Shown here in pieces: positions 1 to 12,249 of a stretch of 64,000 nt of DNA. The DNA is from Glaucostegus cemiculus (taxonomy: Eukaryota), in assembly GCA_976551045.1 (NCBI GenBank), contig CDPCPM010000076.1, forward strand, positions 14,756,001-14,820,000. Direction: 5' to 3'. The stretch's first letter is position 1; each line of letters starts with the position of its first letter. A program made the position numbers and the translations under genes. Below the pieces are notes generated by a model, which was not told where the DNA came from, searched no databases, and saw nothing but the letters and a program-made list of their open reading frames with translations.

Positions 1-595
1 GGGTCAGGGAATGGCTGGTTCCAGAGGACATCTTCCGATCTGCAGCCAATATATTGTTGTGGACCCTGAGCCTTTGCTATATCCAGTGCTTCCCAGAGCA
101 CCCACTTTCCTGTAGTAATTCCAACTCCCTCTCCACTTTGCTACTCTCACTTGATCCCCCTCCAGTTACTAATCTTCTGCCTCGCCTAATCTCTAACCCC
201 GATTACCAATCTGCTATTTCATATACCTCGCTCCTGCCAACACAATTCCACCCCTTGATCTGCTAACCCGACCCATCTATTGACCTCCCCGTCCAACAAC
301 GCCCTTTCCATGACAAACTCCCTTCTGTTTCCCGATACTCTTCCTTACACTTGGGCTTCTCTCATCCCAGGACACCAGAACCATTCTCAACCCTGGCCGA
401 CGCTGGAGCACCCTGATGTCCGTCATTCAACCCGCACTGATGAGGTGGAAAGTCTTGTTAAAGTGGTTTAAGCCTTCTTTGAGTACTACAGATTATTGTA
501 GGCGCAGCCTACCCAATAAAATAATTTTTGGTCCCGTCTCCTTGGAGAAAACGAAATAGGTGCTATTTAATTTCTGGAAAAATCTATTTTTTTAC

Positions 596-735
596 GGATA
601 TTGGTTGAGGGATAAGTATTGTCTGGGATGTCAGAGTCAACTTCCTTCTTCAAAGTGGTGCTGTGGGGTGACCTCCATCCACATGGAAAAGCAAGCAGGG
701 TCTCCGTTCAACAGAGCTCCGGCGCAACACCCGCT
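596..735 (-). mobile_element. Deu-domain SINE fragment (SacSINE1/AmnSINE1-like)
   Basis: TTGGTTGAGGGATAAGTATTG...CTTCTTCAAAGTGGTGCTGTGGG...CATCCAC matches the reverse complement of the recalled Deu-domain consensus. Confidence 0.6.
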
Positions 736-1900
736 CGGAGCGAATGCCTGGGATTTTCACCCACAACCTTGTACCAATTGGGAGAGAAAAAATGATACCT
801 CCAACTATGGATCTGTATCCCAGAAGGAATGGGGATCGTCGGAAAGCGGGTGGGGGAAACAATAAAACAATCGTAGAAAGAAAACTTGATGACGACAATG
901 GGGAAAGATCAGGGGAATCATTAGATCATACTCCCCACGGGCCGAATGACCATCTTCCGTGTTACGGTTCTTTACGAATTTAATTTTGGGTACAGTTGGG
1001 TACCTTAATTTGCATGGTAAGTCCCCTCCCGGATTGTGCGAGTGGGTGTGGAGGAGGCCCGAGCTGAGAAATGACACATGATCACATTTTGAGTTGTTGT
1101 TGACTTCAGACTGCGGCTTTGCTGCAAACTCCCCGCAGCTGCGGAAAGAAACCGTTTGTTCCAATGAAGGCGAAGTGAGTGGGGCGCTGACTCAGTCCCT
1201 CCCCTTTCCCGGAGAGAGAGAGAGAGAGAGTGAGTGAGTGAGAGAGAGGGACCGACCCTTGCCGTGTGCCTCGGGCGCGGAGGATGCCCAGCGCTGCCTT
1301 CCGCAGGATACGCACCGGTCCACCCAGCGCACGTCCCGCCTGCCGCCGGCTCGGGGGCTGCATTCACGCCGGCAATGGATGGCTCCGAGCCGCCCAACAC
1401 CTTCAGGAGGTCCCGCAGTTTCCACTTTAAGAACTTGAGAACATTCCTCAGCAAAATGAGCAACCGAAGGGCAATAGGTAAGAACACACTCTGCCTCTCC
1501 ACAGCTTGTTTTATTACCAAACGAATTGATAGATATTACATGGCACAAGCAGTAACAAGATTCTGCTTTTGATAGGAGCATGTGAATTTATAATAGTTTC
1601 TGAGAGCCGCTGCCTGGCTGAAAGTTTCTAACGCGTATGTTACAGCTGCGTTTCGCGAATGAACAGAGCAGATCGGATGTAGTGCTCCCGAGGATTTCTG
1701 CACTCGCTGTGTCGTGCAGCTTGTCTTGTACAATTAGCCCCGTGGCACTGAAACACTGGCTTCGAAGCCGAGACGATCTGGCAAATCCAACTTCTGAAAA
1801 GCACAACCCGGTGATATTCGGCTCAGTAGTAAACAACGACTAATCTTTTACTTGATTATAAAACAGTGCCTGTGATAGTTTGGCCGCATGGTTTGCTCCG
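700..1900 (+). promoter_or_regulatory. CpG island / distal promoter of the STARD8-like gene
   Basis: CpG-dense stretch in CpG-depleted DNA. CCAAT at 1161-1165, TGACTCA (AP-1) at 1188-1194, (GA)n/(GTGA)n microsatellite at about 1212-1248. Contains exon 1a. Boundaries approximate. Confidence 0.75.
1375..1477 (+). CDS. STARD8: Coding exon 1a (MDGSEPPNTFRRSRSFHFKNLRTFLSKMSNRRAI-E)
   Basis: ATG in strong Kozak context (GCAATGG) inside the CpG island. Donor G|GTAAGA at 1477/1478. 103 nt (phase 1) joins exon 2 in frame to give RRAIEQEAKDACDW, resembling the RRLAEIEAKEACDW junction recalled for a DLC1 isoform. Confidence 0.8.
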
Positions 1901-4569
1901 ACCCATTTCCCATCCCTACATCCATTGCAAGACATTTGGTTTTTCAGCATTAAATAAGGGGGAAATATGATTAAATATGATTCAAAAATAAAAGCTGGAA
2001 TAATCTTAATTGTAAGATTGTGACTTGTTGGAGAAGCGAGGGTGATTTGAAATGTACCTTCAGAGTGCCTCTCAGGGCTTAAGTTTGTCGAGATGAAAGT
2101 TTAACTTGTGACATCTGGTGTTTCATTTTCACTTAGAACCAACGTTGTTGCTAAACCTGACAACTTGGAAAGTTTTATTAAACTGTAAACCGCTGCACAG
2201 TGTTCACCACAGACCTCAAATGTAGATGGATGAGTTAGGGGATTCGGAGAGCTTTGCCGAGTTCTGTGTTAGTTGGCTGGTCTTAGATGGGGTAGTACTT
2301 GAGCTATTACTGTTGGCTTTGGCGACTTAGATCAAAGCAGGGTGGAATTCAGCCATTCCAGATCACAATCCAGGAACATCTAAGAGATTTGTGGTCAGTT
2401 GGTGCTCCCTGGACCTTGAGCGAGAATAGGATCATGTTAAGTTGTGATCCTCTCTCTGTTTTTAGCTCATATTCTATATCTCGGCTTGCATGTGAATAAT
2501 TGCAAGCATTTCAAAACTGAACCATAGATGCTTTATGAATTAGTTCATTCTAGCCATACAGAAATCAATTTTCACATTAGGTGAGTTGTTGGAAATGTGG
2601 ACCAAGATAATACGTTTTGTTTTCATTGTATTAGCCAAGACACCACGATTGTCTGCTTTTTCTGAAAATTACACACTGACTGCCTCCCGCATTCAATATC
2701 CGCAGCCGAAGGAGTGTGATACTTCCTCCAACAGCTTTTTGTAGTGCTGTGCTTATGGCAGCCAGGTTAATTCAAATCCACTTCCAAGTGAAACAGCTGG
2801 AGGTAATCTAAAAGGCAGTATTACTTAAGGAGACTAACAAAAAAAAAATCAGTGATAATCAGGCATAGATTCTGATAGCACAGAAATATTGGCCAGAATT
2901 TTCATCCAGCACCTAGACACCCATGCTTGCTGCTGACTTGAAAATTAGGTTTGTATTTACATTTAGCAGATCCCATACTGTTAACTTCCTTCAAACTGCT
3001 GGTGGATGGTGATTCTCTGAGCAGTGTCAAGACCTTGTGTTGATAAATGCCATCACTTTTGAGTGGGATGTGAATGGAATGGTAGAACAAACCCCACCTA
3101 CGACCCATTTATAGGTAACCTATGGCTTTCCCCTCCCCAGCTTAGTCAGCTGTCAAACCAGCCTAATGTTTTAGGGTGGTCTACCCAAGCACTATTTCAT
3201 CCAACAGATTCTCAGTGTAACTGGTGGGGAATTGCTGCAACAAATGCTCTGTCACTGGTATATATGATAAACCAATGTGGGAGCACTGCCAAGAAAAGGC
3301 TAGCAAACAGTGTCCAGCAAGTTCAAGGCTTCCACATTTGAATGTTGAGTATGCAGAAATCCTGACCTCGGTGGTAGCTATGGGGGGAAGTAGTGGCAGT
3401 TTAGTACCAACTTGCTGGATACTCCCACAGAACTCATCAAACCCAGGAAGCTGATCAATCCTGTCATCATCAAAAAATCTATAAGGTATATTTCTTTCTG
3501 ATATGTGCTTAATATCATCACTGTGATCTTAGTAAATGTGTACAAAGATGGATTGATAATCAGACATATTCAAGTCAGAAATGCCAAAAGTGGGAAGGAG
3601 TGCTGAGGTCAATGAGGTGCTGTCTGGAGCGATGACCATCTGGTTATTCTCCCCTAACCACCTAACCATTCAAAAGTAAGCTCACATGTGGGTTTGCATT
3701 AGACTGAGTCTCCACCTAACTATTGGTCTAATATGTTCTTCTGGCCAAAGGGCATTGCATTACCAAAGGCTACCCTAAACTACATGGAGGAGAGGCAAAC
3801 AAGGGGCAAAAAGTTGTTATAATGTCCTGAATGACATCTGCCAATCTCCTGCACCTTTATAGGGCACCCTCGAATGTAAAAGACCAGCACACAAGTCAGA
3901 CTATAAATTTCATTGGAAGATGTTGGTAGGAAACAGAAATATATATGCAGTTGTGCAATCTTTTTGTCTATTGTATGGAGAGGATATATCTGTGGAGGTA
4001 CTTTATTGCTGCTGTCACTTAAGCACTTTATCTTAAGGCCCATTACTATCAAGCCCTAAAGCTATGAATTCATTTTCAGAGGGTTTTAAGTTGGTCATAA
4101 GGGAAATCTCATTTGAGGTGTCAGAAAATATGCTTTTACCTTTGGGCAATCCTCTGTAGTTTAACTCCTAATAAGGAGGTGCACTTGGGGCAGGAGAGGG
4201 TTCTGATTGTGTCAAAGGGGAATGAGAAGAGTGCAGAGTTATCCAGCTACCAGACAGTACAGAGCACAAAATCTTATCTTCTGCCACATAAGTACAATGT
4301 CTGAGGAGACTCAAGTGCTCAGAAATATGTGCTTCAGGTATTTTGCAAGTTCTTGGAATATGACCTGAAGGCATATTTGAGGATATCTATTGCGTTGTCT
4401 GTGGTGGTGATGACATTTCACAGATTGGAATCCTTCCATTCCAGTTCAGGGGATCTGCAATATTTCATCCGTGATCGACCGTGGGTGCTGGCAGGTGATA
4501 GACACGCTATTCGTAAGAGCTCCCCTATTTATTTCAATCTTCATTAAGGTTGTTTTTCAAAGCAAGGGT

Positions 4570-5480
4570 ATTGGTTTATTATCGTTACTTGTATCGAGGT
4601 ACAGTGGAATAACTTGTCTTGCCTACTGTTCATACAGATCGATTCATTACACAGTGCATTGTGGTAGTACATGGTAAAAACAATAACAGAATACAGAGTA
4701 AAGTGTCACACCAACAGAGGAAGTGCAGTGCAGGTAGACAGTAAGGTGCAAGGTAGATTGTGAGGTCAAGAGTCCATCTCAACATATAAGGGAACTGTTC
4801 AATAGTCTTATCCCAGTGAGATAGAAGCTGTCATTGAGCCTGATGGTATGTGCCCTCAGGCTGCTGTATCTTCTGCTTATGGGAGAGGGGAGAAGAGGGA
4901 ATGTCCTGGGTGGGTGGGGTCTTTGATTATGCTGGCTGCTTCCCTAGGCAGCGAGAGGTATAGACAGAGTCTATGGAGGGGAGGCTGGTTTTTGTGATGT
5001 GCTGGGCTGTGTCCACAACTCTGCAGTTTCTTGTGGTCCTGGGCAGAGCAGTTGCCAGACCAAGCTGTGATGCATCCAGATAGCATGCATTCTACGGTGC
5101 ATCAATAAAAGTTGGTGAATAAAGAGGGTGGTGAACCTGTGGAACTCCTTACCACAGAAAGCAGTGGAAGCCAGATCATTGGGGATATTCAAGAAGGAAA
5201 TAGATAGATATCTAATTGGTCAAGGTATCAAGGGATATGGAGATAAGGCAGGGATTTGGACTTAGAATAGTAGGTTGTTTTTTTTTTCCTTAACCTCTTT
5301 TTTTCCCCACCCTCCCTTCCCTTTGGAGCAGACTCGATGGGCCGACTGGCCTGCTTCTGCTCCATTATCTTGTGATCTTGTGATCTTGTGACTGTCAAAA
5401 GGAACATGCCAGATTTCTTTAGTCTCCTGAGGAAGTAGAGGTGCTGGTGAGCTTTCTTGGCCATGGTATCTGTGTGGTTG
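4570..5480 (-). mobile_element. Rex1/Babar LINE 3' fragment, interrupted
   Basis: Closely similar to the 17.16-17.8 kb copy. Minus-strand peptides LSGCITAW, IIKDPTHPGHSLFSPLP and KAHQHLYFLRRLKK. Confidence 0.85.
5119..5391 (+). mobile_element. CR1/HER1 LINE 3' end nested in Rex1
   Basis: RVVNLWNSLPQKAVEA..FKKEIDRYL C-terminal motif, GGCCGAC..GGCCTG hairpin and (TCTTGTGA)x3 tail at 5368-5391. Confidence 0.8.
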
Positions 5481-7164
5481 TGGCATCTACGTGGATTGAG
5501 GCTCTTGCAAAATAGCAGGGTTCTCAAAGGTGCACTGTACTCATGTTAGAAAAGTATCAGGACAAGATATGGTGATAACATCAACAAGAAGGAATAACAT
5601 TCCCCAAATATTCGGCTGGTTTCTGACCACAAGCATGTGATCTACTACATCAACATGAAGTGCTCTATTAGCTACAATGGTGCATTAATTACATTTCGGT
5701 CCATTGTACATGAGCTTTTCCCCCAATTAAAAAAAAATCAACAGATAATTTCTTGGAGATAGGAACCATCCTTTGCGAGATTTCTTATAGTAATGCTGAA
5801 GGGTGGAACAAGGTTGGAGTTAGATTAGTGCATGTTGTTGGAATGTGAAAAGGATAAGTCTGCCATCTTGACATAATCTGGTGAAGGTGTCATACACTAT
5901 ACTCCAGCAATTTAGTTTCAGTGATAGGTATTGTCTTTTGTATCCTATATAATTAAGTGCAAAAGGACTCCATCTGGATGAAGAGGGTGAACCATTGCAG
6001 AAAAATAGGAGAAGAGCGGGAAGTAGATATAGATGATCACCAGGACCAAGAATGAACCAACGTCTTATTCCATACCTTGCCTGAGAAATCTTGGAAGTGC
6101 TCTGTTGAAAACACATCCTCATGAAAATACATAATGAATTGGAATATGGCTGGATAAATCCAGACTCCATCATCTGCACTTAGCAGCATCTGCTGACAAC
6201 ATTAAAGCTTAGCTTTATAACCTTGGGAATTTAATGGTAAAAGATAATCTCTCTTCCTCAAATATTCAGTGTTGATATGACATGAAATTAAACTTGAGCT
6301 TATAATGCAAACACACTGCACACCACAGAAATTCCCTATTCTTCTTCATAAACTTCCCCTCTTTGACTTTTCAGTTGTATTTCTCAATCTTGTGACTGAG
6401 ATGAAGATGGCCAACTGCTCTCAGTGTATCTTGGACCAAAGTGGTTGATTTTGGCACCCACTATGCTGAGAAGGACAAACTGCAGGTCTCAACACAACTT
6501 GATCCTGCATCAGGAGCCTTGACAGATTGTCGGTGAGAGAAAGCTGAATCTTGGGAAAATCTGCATCTCAGTTGTTAGGATTGGACAAATTCTCCAGTGG
6601 GCTAGTGATTACTTAAAGGCACTTTTCCTTCAAAAGTGGAGATCAATTTGATACTCGTATTGTTTAACTTTTCGCCAAATGGTCTCTTTTCTGAAATGGA
6701 AATGGGGCTGAAGTTATATGACAGCCGTGTACATCTTGTAAGAATTTGTAAAGACTCCTACTGATTATATGCAAATTTATGAACTTAACAGTGATACACA
6801 TAATAATGGAAGTTGAAAGAGAAGCACAAAGGATGCCGAGAATTAAGCATTATCAAATTATTGGCAAATATTGGAACTTGATTATTGGCAGAATAATTGT
6901 GCTGAGAAGACCAAGGTTGTACTTGGATGACATATTCAATAAGTGGGAAGCTACTGGTGTAAAAAAACACTGACTTTGAGTAATGTGCTGAGATCAGTGG
7001 GGAGAATAATGATCAGATGCTCTACTTCCCCTGGTGAAAAGAGGAACTGAGAAGTTTAAGCCTTATGACAAAACTAAACAAACTATTGAATTCTTAGCCA
7101 AGGGGGTTTTGATGAGTTCATTTTCTGCCTGGCAGAAATGATCACAGCAAATTTAACACCACTA

Positions 7165-7460
7165 GATAAGATCCTTATTAGTCACATGTACATCGAAACA
7201 TACAGGAAAATACATCTTTTGCGTAGTGATTTTTTTTGGGGGGGCAGCCCGCAAGTGTCGCCACACTTCTGGCGCCAACATAGCATACCCATAACTTCCT
7301 AACCTGTACGTCTTTGGAATGTGGGAGGAAACTGGAGCACCCGGAGGAAACCCACACAGACACAGGGAAAACGTACAAACTCCTTACAGACAGTGGCCGG
7401 ATTTGAATCCGGGTCGCTGGCACTGTAAAGCATTGTGCTAACCACTATGTTACCCTGCTG
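7165..7460 (-). mobile_element. tRNA-derived V-SINE
   Basis: V-domain (TGTGGGAGGAAACTGGAGCACCCGGAGGAAACCCAC) and Pol III box remnants. Homologous to the copies at 30.0, 42.7 and 50.7 kb. Confidence 0.85.
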
Positions 7461-8444
7461 TCTATACTACCATGCCACCTATGTGACTCCTTCTCCTGGC
7501 TTCTCAAGAAATTCTTTAGACTTGACAAAAAGGCAGCTTCTGTCTTTGCACGAACTGTAGTCCTGCATGTCCCTGATGAGAAAACCACTTCCCCATTCAG
7601 GCACTGGTTATGGAGTTGTTGAGGTTTGCAAAACTTTATAAAGCTCATTTGTGCCTTGGGCATGAGCCTTGCCTGAGTGCAGGTTAACGTTACAAATAGT
7701 CCAGCTCAGAATGGCTTAGTGAACTGCTCCTTTTAAATCTTTAAAAGCTTAAAGTTGACTCCCAGTGCTGTCCATTATAGCACTACAGATCCTTTGTTAT
7801 AGAACTCTCTTCCCATCCATCTTCATTGTGAGACTGTCATTTCTGATACTATCTCCACCCTCATTCCATGAATGTCATTGCAAACTCCACCCTCATTATA
7901 CAGTTGTCAGTGATAATAGTCTGTTGTATCTATCCCTTTACATCGTCCCTCAGCTACTTAGTGCCATCAATAAACCTTTGATTACATACCACTATCATTA
8001 TAGCACTCTGTCATAATATTCCTTTGGCCACACATCACTCTCAATATAAGGCTTCTCATTAATATATTCTCTCCATTACATGGTCTACCCTCATCTTAAT
8101 CTCATCAGTTATAGTAACAGCCTTGCTGTTGCAAGGCTTCTCTTTCTGGTTCTGCCAGTGTTCACTTACCAGATTTTACAAAACAGGTGATTTTTCTTTT
8201 CCCTCCCTAAAATTATTGTCATAATGTTCATGGGAATCCAAATCTTGAAGCTGAAAGGTCAGCCTGAAAAGGACAATACAATCGCACAATTCTTTGCATA
8301 TGACTTCCTATTCTCTTTTTGATTGAACATGGGAAAGCTTGGGGATGTTATGAGGAAATATTTTTGAATGGCTCCTGCTCATCATTTTGTCTGTGGCTGC
8401 TGACAGTTACTATAATTCTGAGATGGATTTGGAAAGATAATAGA

Positions 8445-9540
8445 GTCATAGAGTTGAACTACATGGAAGCAGACCCTTTGGCCCAACGAGTTCATGCTGA
8501 CCACGGTGCCTTCCTGAGCTAGTCCCATTTTCCTGCACTTGGCCCATATCCCACCAAGTCTTTTCTATCCATATACCTGTATTGGTTTATTATTGTCTTT
8601 TGTACCGAGGTACAATGAAAAACTTGTCTTGCATACCGATCATACAGGTCAATTCATTACACAGTGCAGTTACATTGGGTTAGTACAGAGTGCATGGATG
8701 TAGTACAGGTGAAAACAGGAATAGTACAGAGTAAAGTGTCACAGCAACAGTGAAAGTGAAGTGCAATAAGGTGCAAGGTCATAACAAGGTAGATCCTGAG
8801 GTCATAGCCCATCTCATCGTACAAGGGAACCATTCAATAGTCTTATCACTGTACATTGTAATTGTACCTACCTCTATCACTTCCTCTAGCAGCTCGTTCC
8901 ATATACCCACCACCCTCTGTATGGGACAACCTGCCCCTCAGGTCCCTTTTAAACATTTCCCCCCTCACAGTAAAACCTATGCCTTCTAGTTTTAGACTCT
9001 CCTCCTCTAGGAGATAGACTATGACTGTCCACCTTTTCTACACTCCTTATGATTTTATGTGCCCCTAGACCATTGTCACCCTTCAGCTTCCTTCACTCCA
9101 GGGAAAACAGTTCTAGCCAATCAAATCACTCCTTGTAACTTAAGCCCTCTGGTCCCAGCAACATCCTTGTGCTCCGTCTGTAGCTTAATCACATCCTTCC
9201 TATAACATGGTGACCAGAATTACAGACATATTTCAGGTATAGTCTCACCAACATCCTACACGGCTGTAACATGATGTCCCAACTCTTGTACTCACTGCCC
9301 TGTCCATTGAATGCAAGCATGTCAATTGCCTTCTTCACCACCTTGTCTACCTGAGTCGCCACTTTCAGGGAACTATATACTAGTATCCTTAGGTTTCATT
9401 GTTCAACAACGTGCCTCAGGACCTGTCATTCACTGTGCAAGTCCTGCCCAGGTTTAACTTCCCAAAGTGCATCACTTTGCACTTGTCTGAATTCAATTCC
9501 ATCTGCCATTCCTTTACCCACTTTTGCGGTTGATCTAACT
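8445..9540 (-). mobile_element. CR1/HER1 LINE 3' part, interrupted by a Rex1 3' UTR at 8582-8848
   Basis: Reverse complement of a CR1 ORF2 C-terminus and 3' hairpin, homologous to 44.5-45.2 kb. The internal block matches the Rex1 3' ends at 4570 and 17160. Confidence 0.8.
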
Positions 9541-10559
9541 GCACAGAGCTGATGCACTTACACGGTTACAGCAATGTAGTAAAAGCTCTGTGTGTTCTGT
9601 CCCCTGTGAGGCTGGGACCCCAGTTGATATTTTTGTTGAATGACAAAGACATTTCATAGCAACTAGCCTTTTATTTGTGAGAGAAACACCTAACTTGAAT
9701 CTTGACATTCAAATATTGCTTAATGGCATAGATAGTAAACATAATCATTTTGCAACTGTGAGATTTTGACAGGGGAGGTTCAAATGTGAGACTCTATGTC
9801 GAGACAACTGACTCCAGTTGGATGGTAGCAGACGTGCTGCTGTTGACCTTGGATGATTCTTGCTCCTGATCACTAACTGGTGTATAGGAGTCAGGTTGGG
9901 AAACTCTGGCTCACTGTGATTCTACTCAGGTCGAATAGTTTACTGATGTACATTGAAAAGAATGATTAGTTACTCAAGGATTGTTAATCTCAGTATGACT
10001 ATAGCTTGGTAAGAGCAAGCAGGAAAAACATCATAGAACTGAGCCATTGCTTTAGCTTCTCTTCCCCTTTTTAAGTATATGCAGTGCGAATGATTTTGTG
10101 CCAGTACTGTTGTTTTTCAGCATTCGGGTTCTATTTCTTTTAGCTATGTTTTGTGTTTTGATTTCAGTAATATTTTATCACTCTGTTTTGGGCTAGACTG
10201 GCATTTCAAACTTTGTTTATGACCAGTGGTTTCAGTCCAAACCCTTTCAAGTCAAATACCAACTTTCCACATGGTGGATTTTTTTCTCATGTGATTTAGA
10301 AGCAACACAGTAAATATAAAGGTTGGCGAACATACAGCTGCTGGCAGCTAGGAAACTATTTCAAAAATCTGTGTTACTGCTGTAAGTTACAGAACCTTAC
10401 GTGACCAACCGTGATAAGATGTCACAAAAACGATGGCTTGAGTGATCCCTTCCAGCTTGCGATCCTCACCTTCTGCTTTGTCTGTTTCTCCCCTTCATCT
10501 TAATATACTTTTCACTTCTTTATATTATTAATCCTACCAACCACTTTCAATGTCTTTCC

Positions 10560-10900
10560 TTCTTCATCCAACTCCATGGGATTCCCCTCACTTAGTTTTA
10601 CATTTACTCTTCTGATTGTAGACACGCAGTCTCCAGTGGTGTCTTCTCTTCCTGGTCCTCACTCTACCTCTGGAGCTCCAACAGGATATAATCTGGGCTG
10701 CCACCTCTTCCTTAACGACATGATACCCCTTGGAGGTGCAGATCCAGAATCCACATGTTTGCCAGCAAAACCCAAGTTATTATCTACCTTGGCAACCTCT
10801 CTTTAATGCCTGTGTGCTGTCTGACATCTCCCTGGATGAGCTGTTGTTTCATCTAACTAAGTGTTCAGGTCATTTAAGCTAACTTCCTTGGACTTTGGCC
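10560..10900 (+). mobile_element. Ancient L2-like reverse transcriptase fossil
   Basis: TSGAPTGYNLGCHLFLNDMIPLG, then HMFASKTQ after a frameshift, resembles the L2 RT motifs SGVPQGSILGPLLF..YMLPLG and HMYADDTQ. Confidence 0.5.
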
Positions 10901-11084
10901 CAACCTCCATATGCTCACAATTGATTCCAGTTCCCTAAGTCAACCACAGATTCAGAGTAAAATAGATTGATGATAACACAGGAGAAACGTAGTGGATCTC
11001 TTTTGTTTTTTATGATATTGATTGTGTCTCCTTTGGGACTTGCGCTCTTTGATTTCTCAACAAATATTAATTTTCATGTACTAG

Positions 11085-11282
11085 ATGGAAAGAGGCTCTT
11101 CGGCACAGCTAGTCCACGATGACTCATTTACGCTAATCCTACATTAATCCCATTCTCCCTACATTCTAGCAACTATCAACTAATATACCAATATCCCAGA
11201 TTCTACCGTTTTCTTGCACATAAGGGGCAATTTGCAGTGCCAGTTAACCTATTGACATGCATATCTTTGGGGTGTGGGAGAA
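11085..11282 (-). mobile_element. Degenerate HE1-like V-SINE 3' half
   Basis: AGGCTCTTCGGCAC...GGGGCAATTT...TCTTTGGGGTGTGGGAG is the reverse complement of the 50.7 kb SINE type. Confidence 0.55.
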
Positions 11283-12249
11283 AACTTTACTTTCTGTGCT
11301 CTGTTATGGATACTTAGTGTGTCGGTGATGAACTTGGGGATTTTTGTTCTGCGTTGCCCTTGTGCATGCTGCAGATATGGACAGAAATTGCCAAGGATGC
11401 AGTGAGACATCAAATGACATGCATGGCACCTACTGCTGTTGCTTGTTCAAGATTGTATGAGTCCAGTGAGCATTCGGGCCTCTCATAGCTCAGCAAACAT
11501 GAAACAGAAGATTGAGGCCTACTTTAGGTTTTGGCAGGGACTTACCCGGTTGACTGTCAGGGTGTCTCAGGTATCCACCTTCTTCCAGATAGATTCTCCC
11601 TTTAAGTGTTTATCTTATGATCCCTCCCTTCCCAGCTCCCTGCTAGCCCACTCAGTGCTAATCCTCAGGCACCAGTGATTATTTCCTCAATTTTTGCTTG
11701 ATCGACACCTGACCATTTTTTCCCCTGATCCTGCACCAGTTCTTCTTCCTCACCAACACTTAGTTTTGCTGCTTGACCAATTTCCTCTGTGGGCTTCGCA
11801 GTGCTCTGAGTCTGAGGTCAAGTGGTTTAGTGTACAAGGAGCATTCTATACCTCATAGGCCTTGGGCATTGTGCACATTAGAAGGTTGTTGGTGAAGGTC
11901 CTCACACAAAACTTCTAGTGGACCCCAGAACAGCCTCATTTTAATGCACTTTTTCAGGCTTTGTACAATTTTATGCTCCACAATTAGATGTTCTTTTATG
12001 TATAGGAGGATTAAAAGTCCTCCAAGACACACTCATCTCTGCTTTCAAGGCACTGCTCTATTAATATTTATTTCTCAATTCCTATTTCTTATTTATTTTT
12101 TAATTCTATAATTCCTTTAATATCTTACTACACTTCTACCTTAAAAGGACCATGTTGTGTTTGGGGAGGAGGGGGAATAGAGCACTGAGTGGGAGGGACA
12201 TGTATAGAGACAGCAATTGAAGCAGAAAGCAATAACTCAAGGTAACAAA

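Noticed and set aside
1-430. C-rich stretch as a possible L2 endonuclease fossil (also 7770-8160)
   Set aside because: Only faint frameshifted motif similarity; not supportable without a search.
437-451. CTGATGA...GAAA hammerhead-like words (also CTGATGA at 7573 and about 14848)
   Set aside because: No helix I or II complementarity, and not inside the repeat family.
1005-1581. Overlapping minus-strand ORFs (171, 129 and 85 aa) in the first CpG island
   Set aside because: Expected in GC-rich DNA, they run through the GA microsatellite and have no recognisable motifs.
5540-7150. Coding-like intronic sequence, possibly an old transposon
   Set aside because: No continuous ORF, terminal repeats or recognisable motif.
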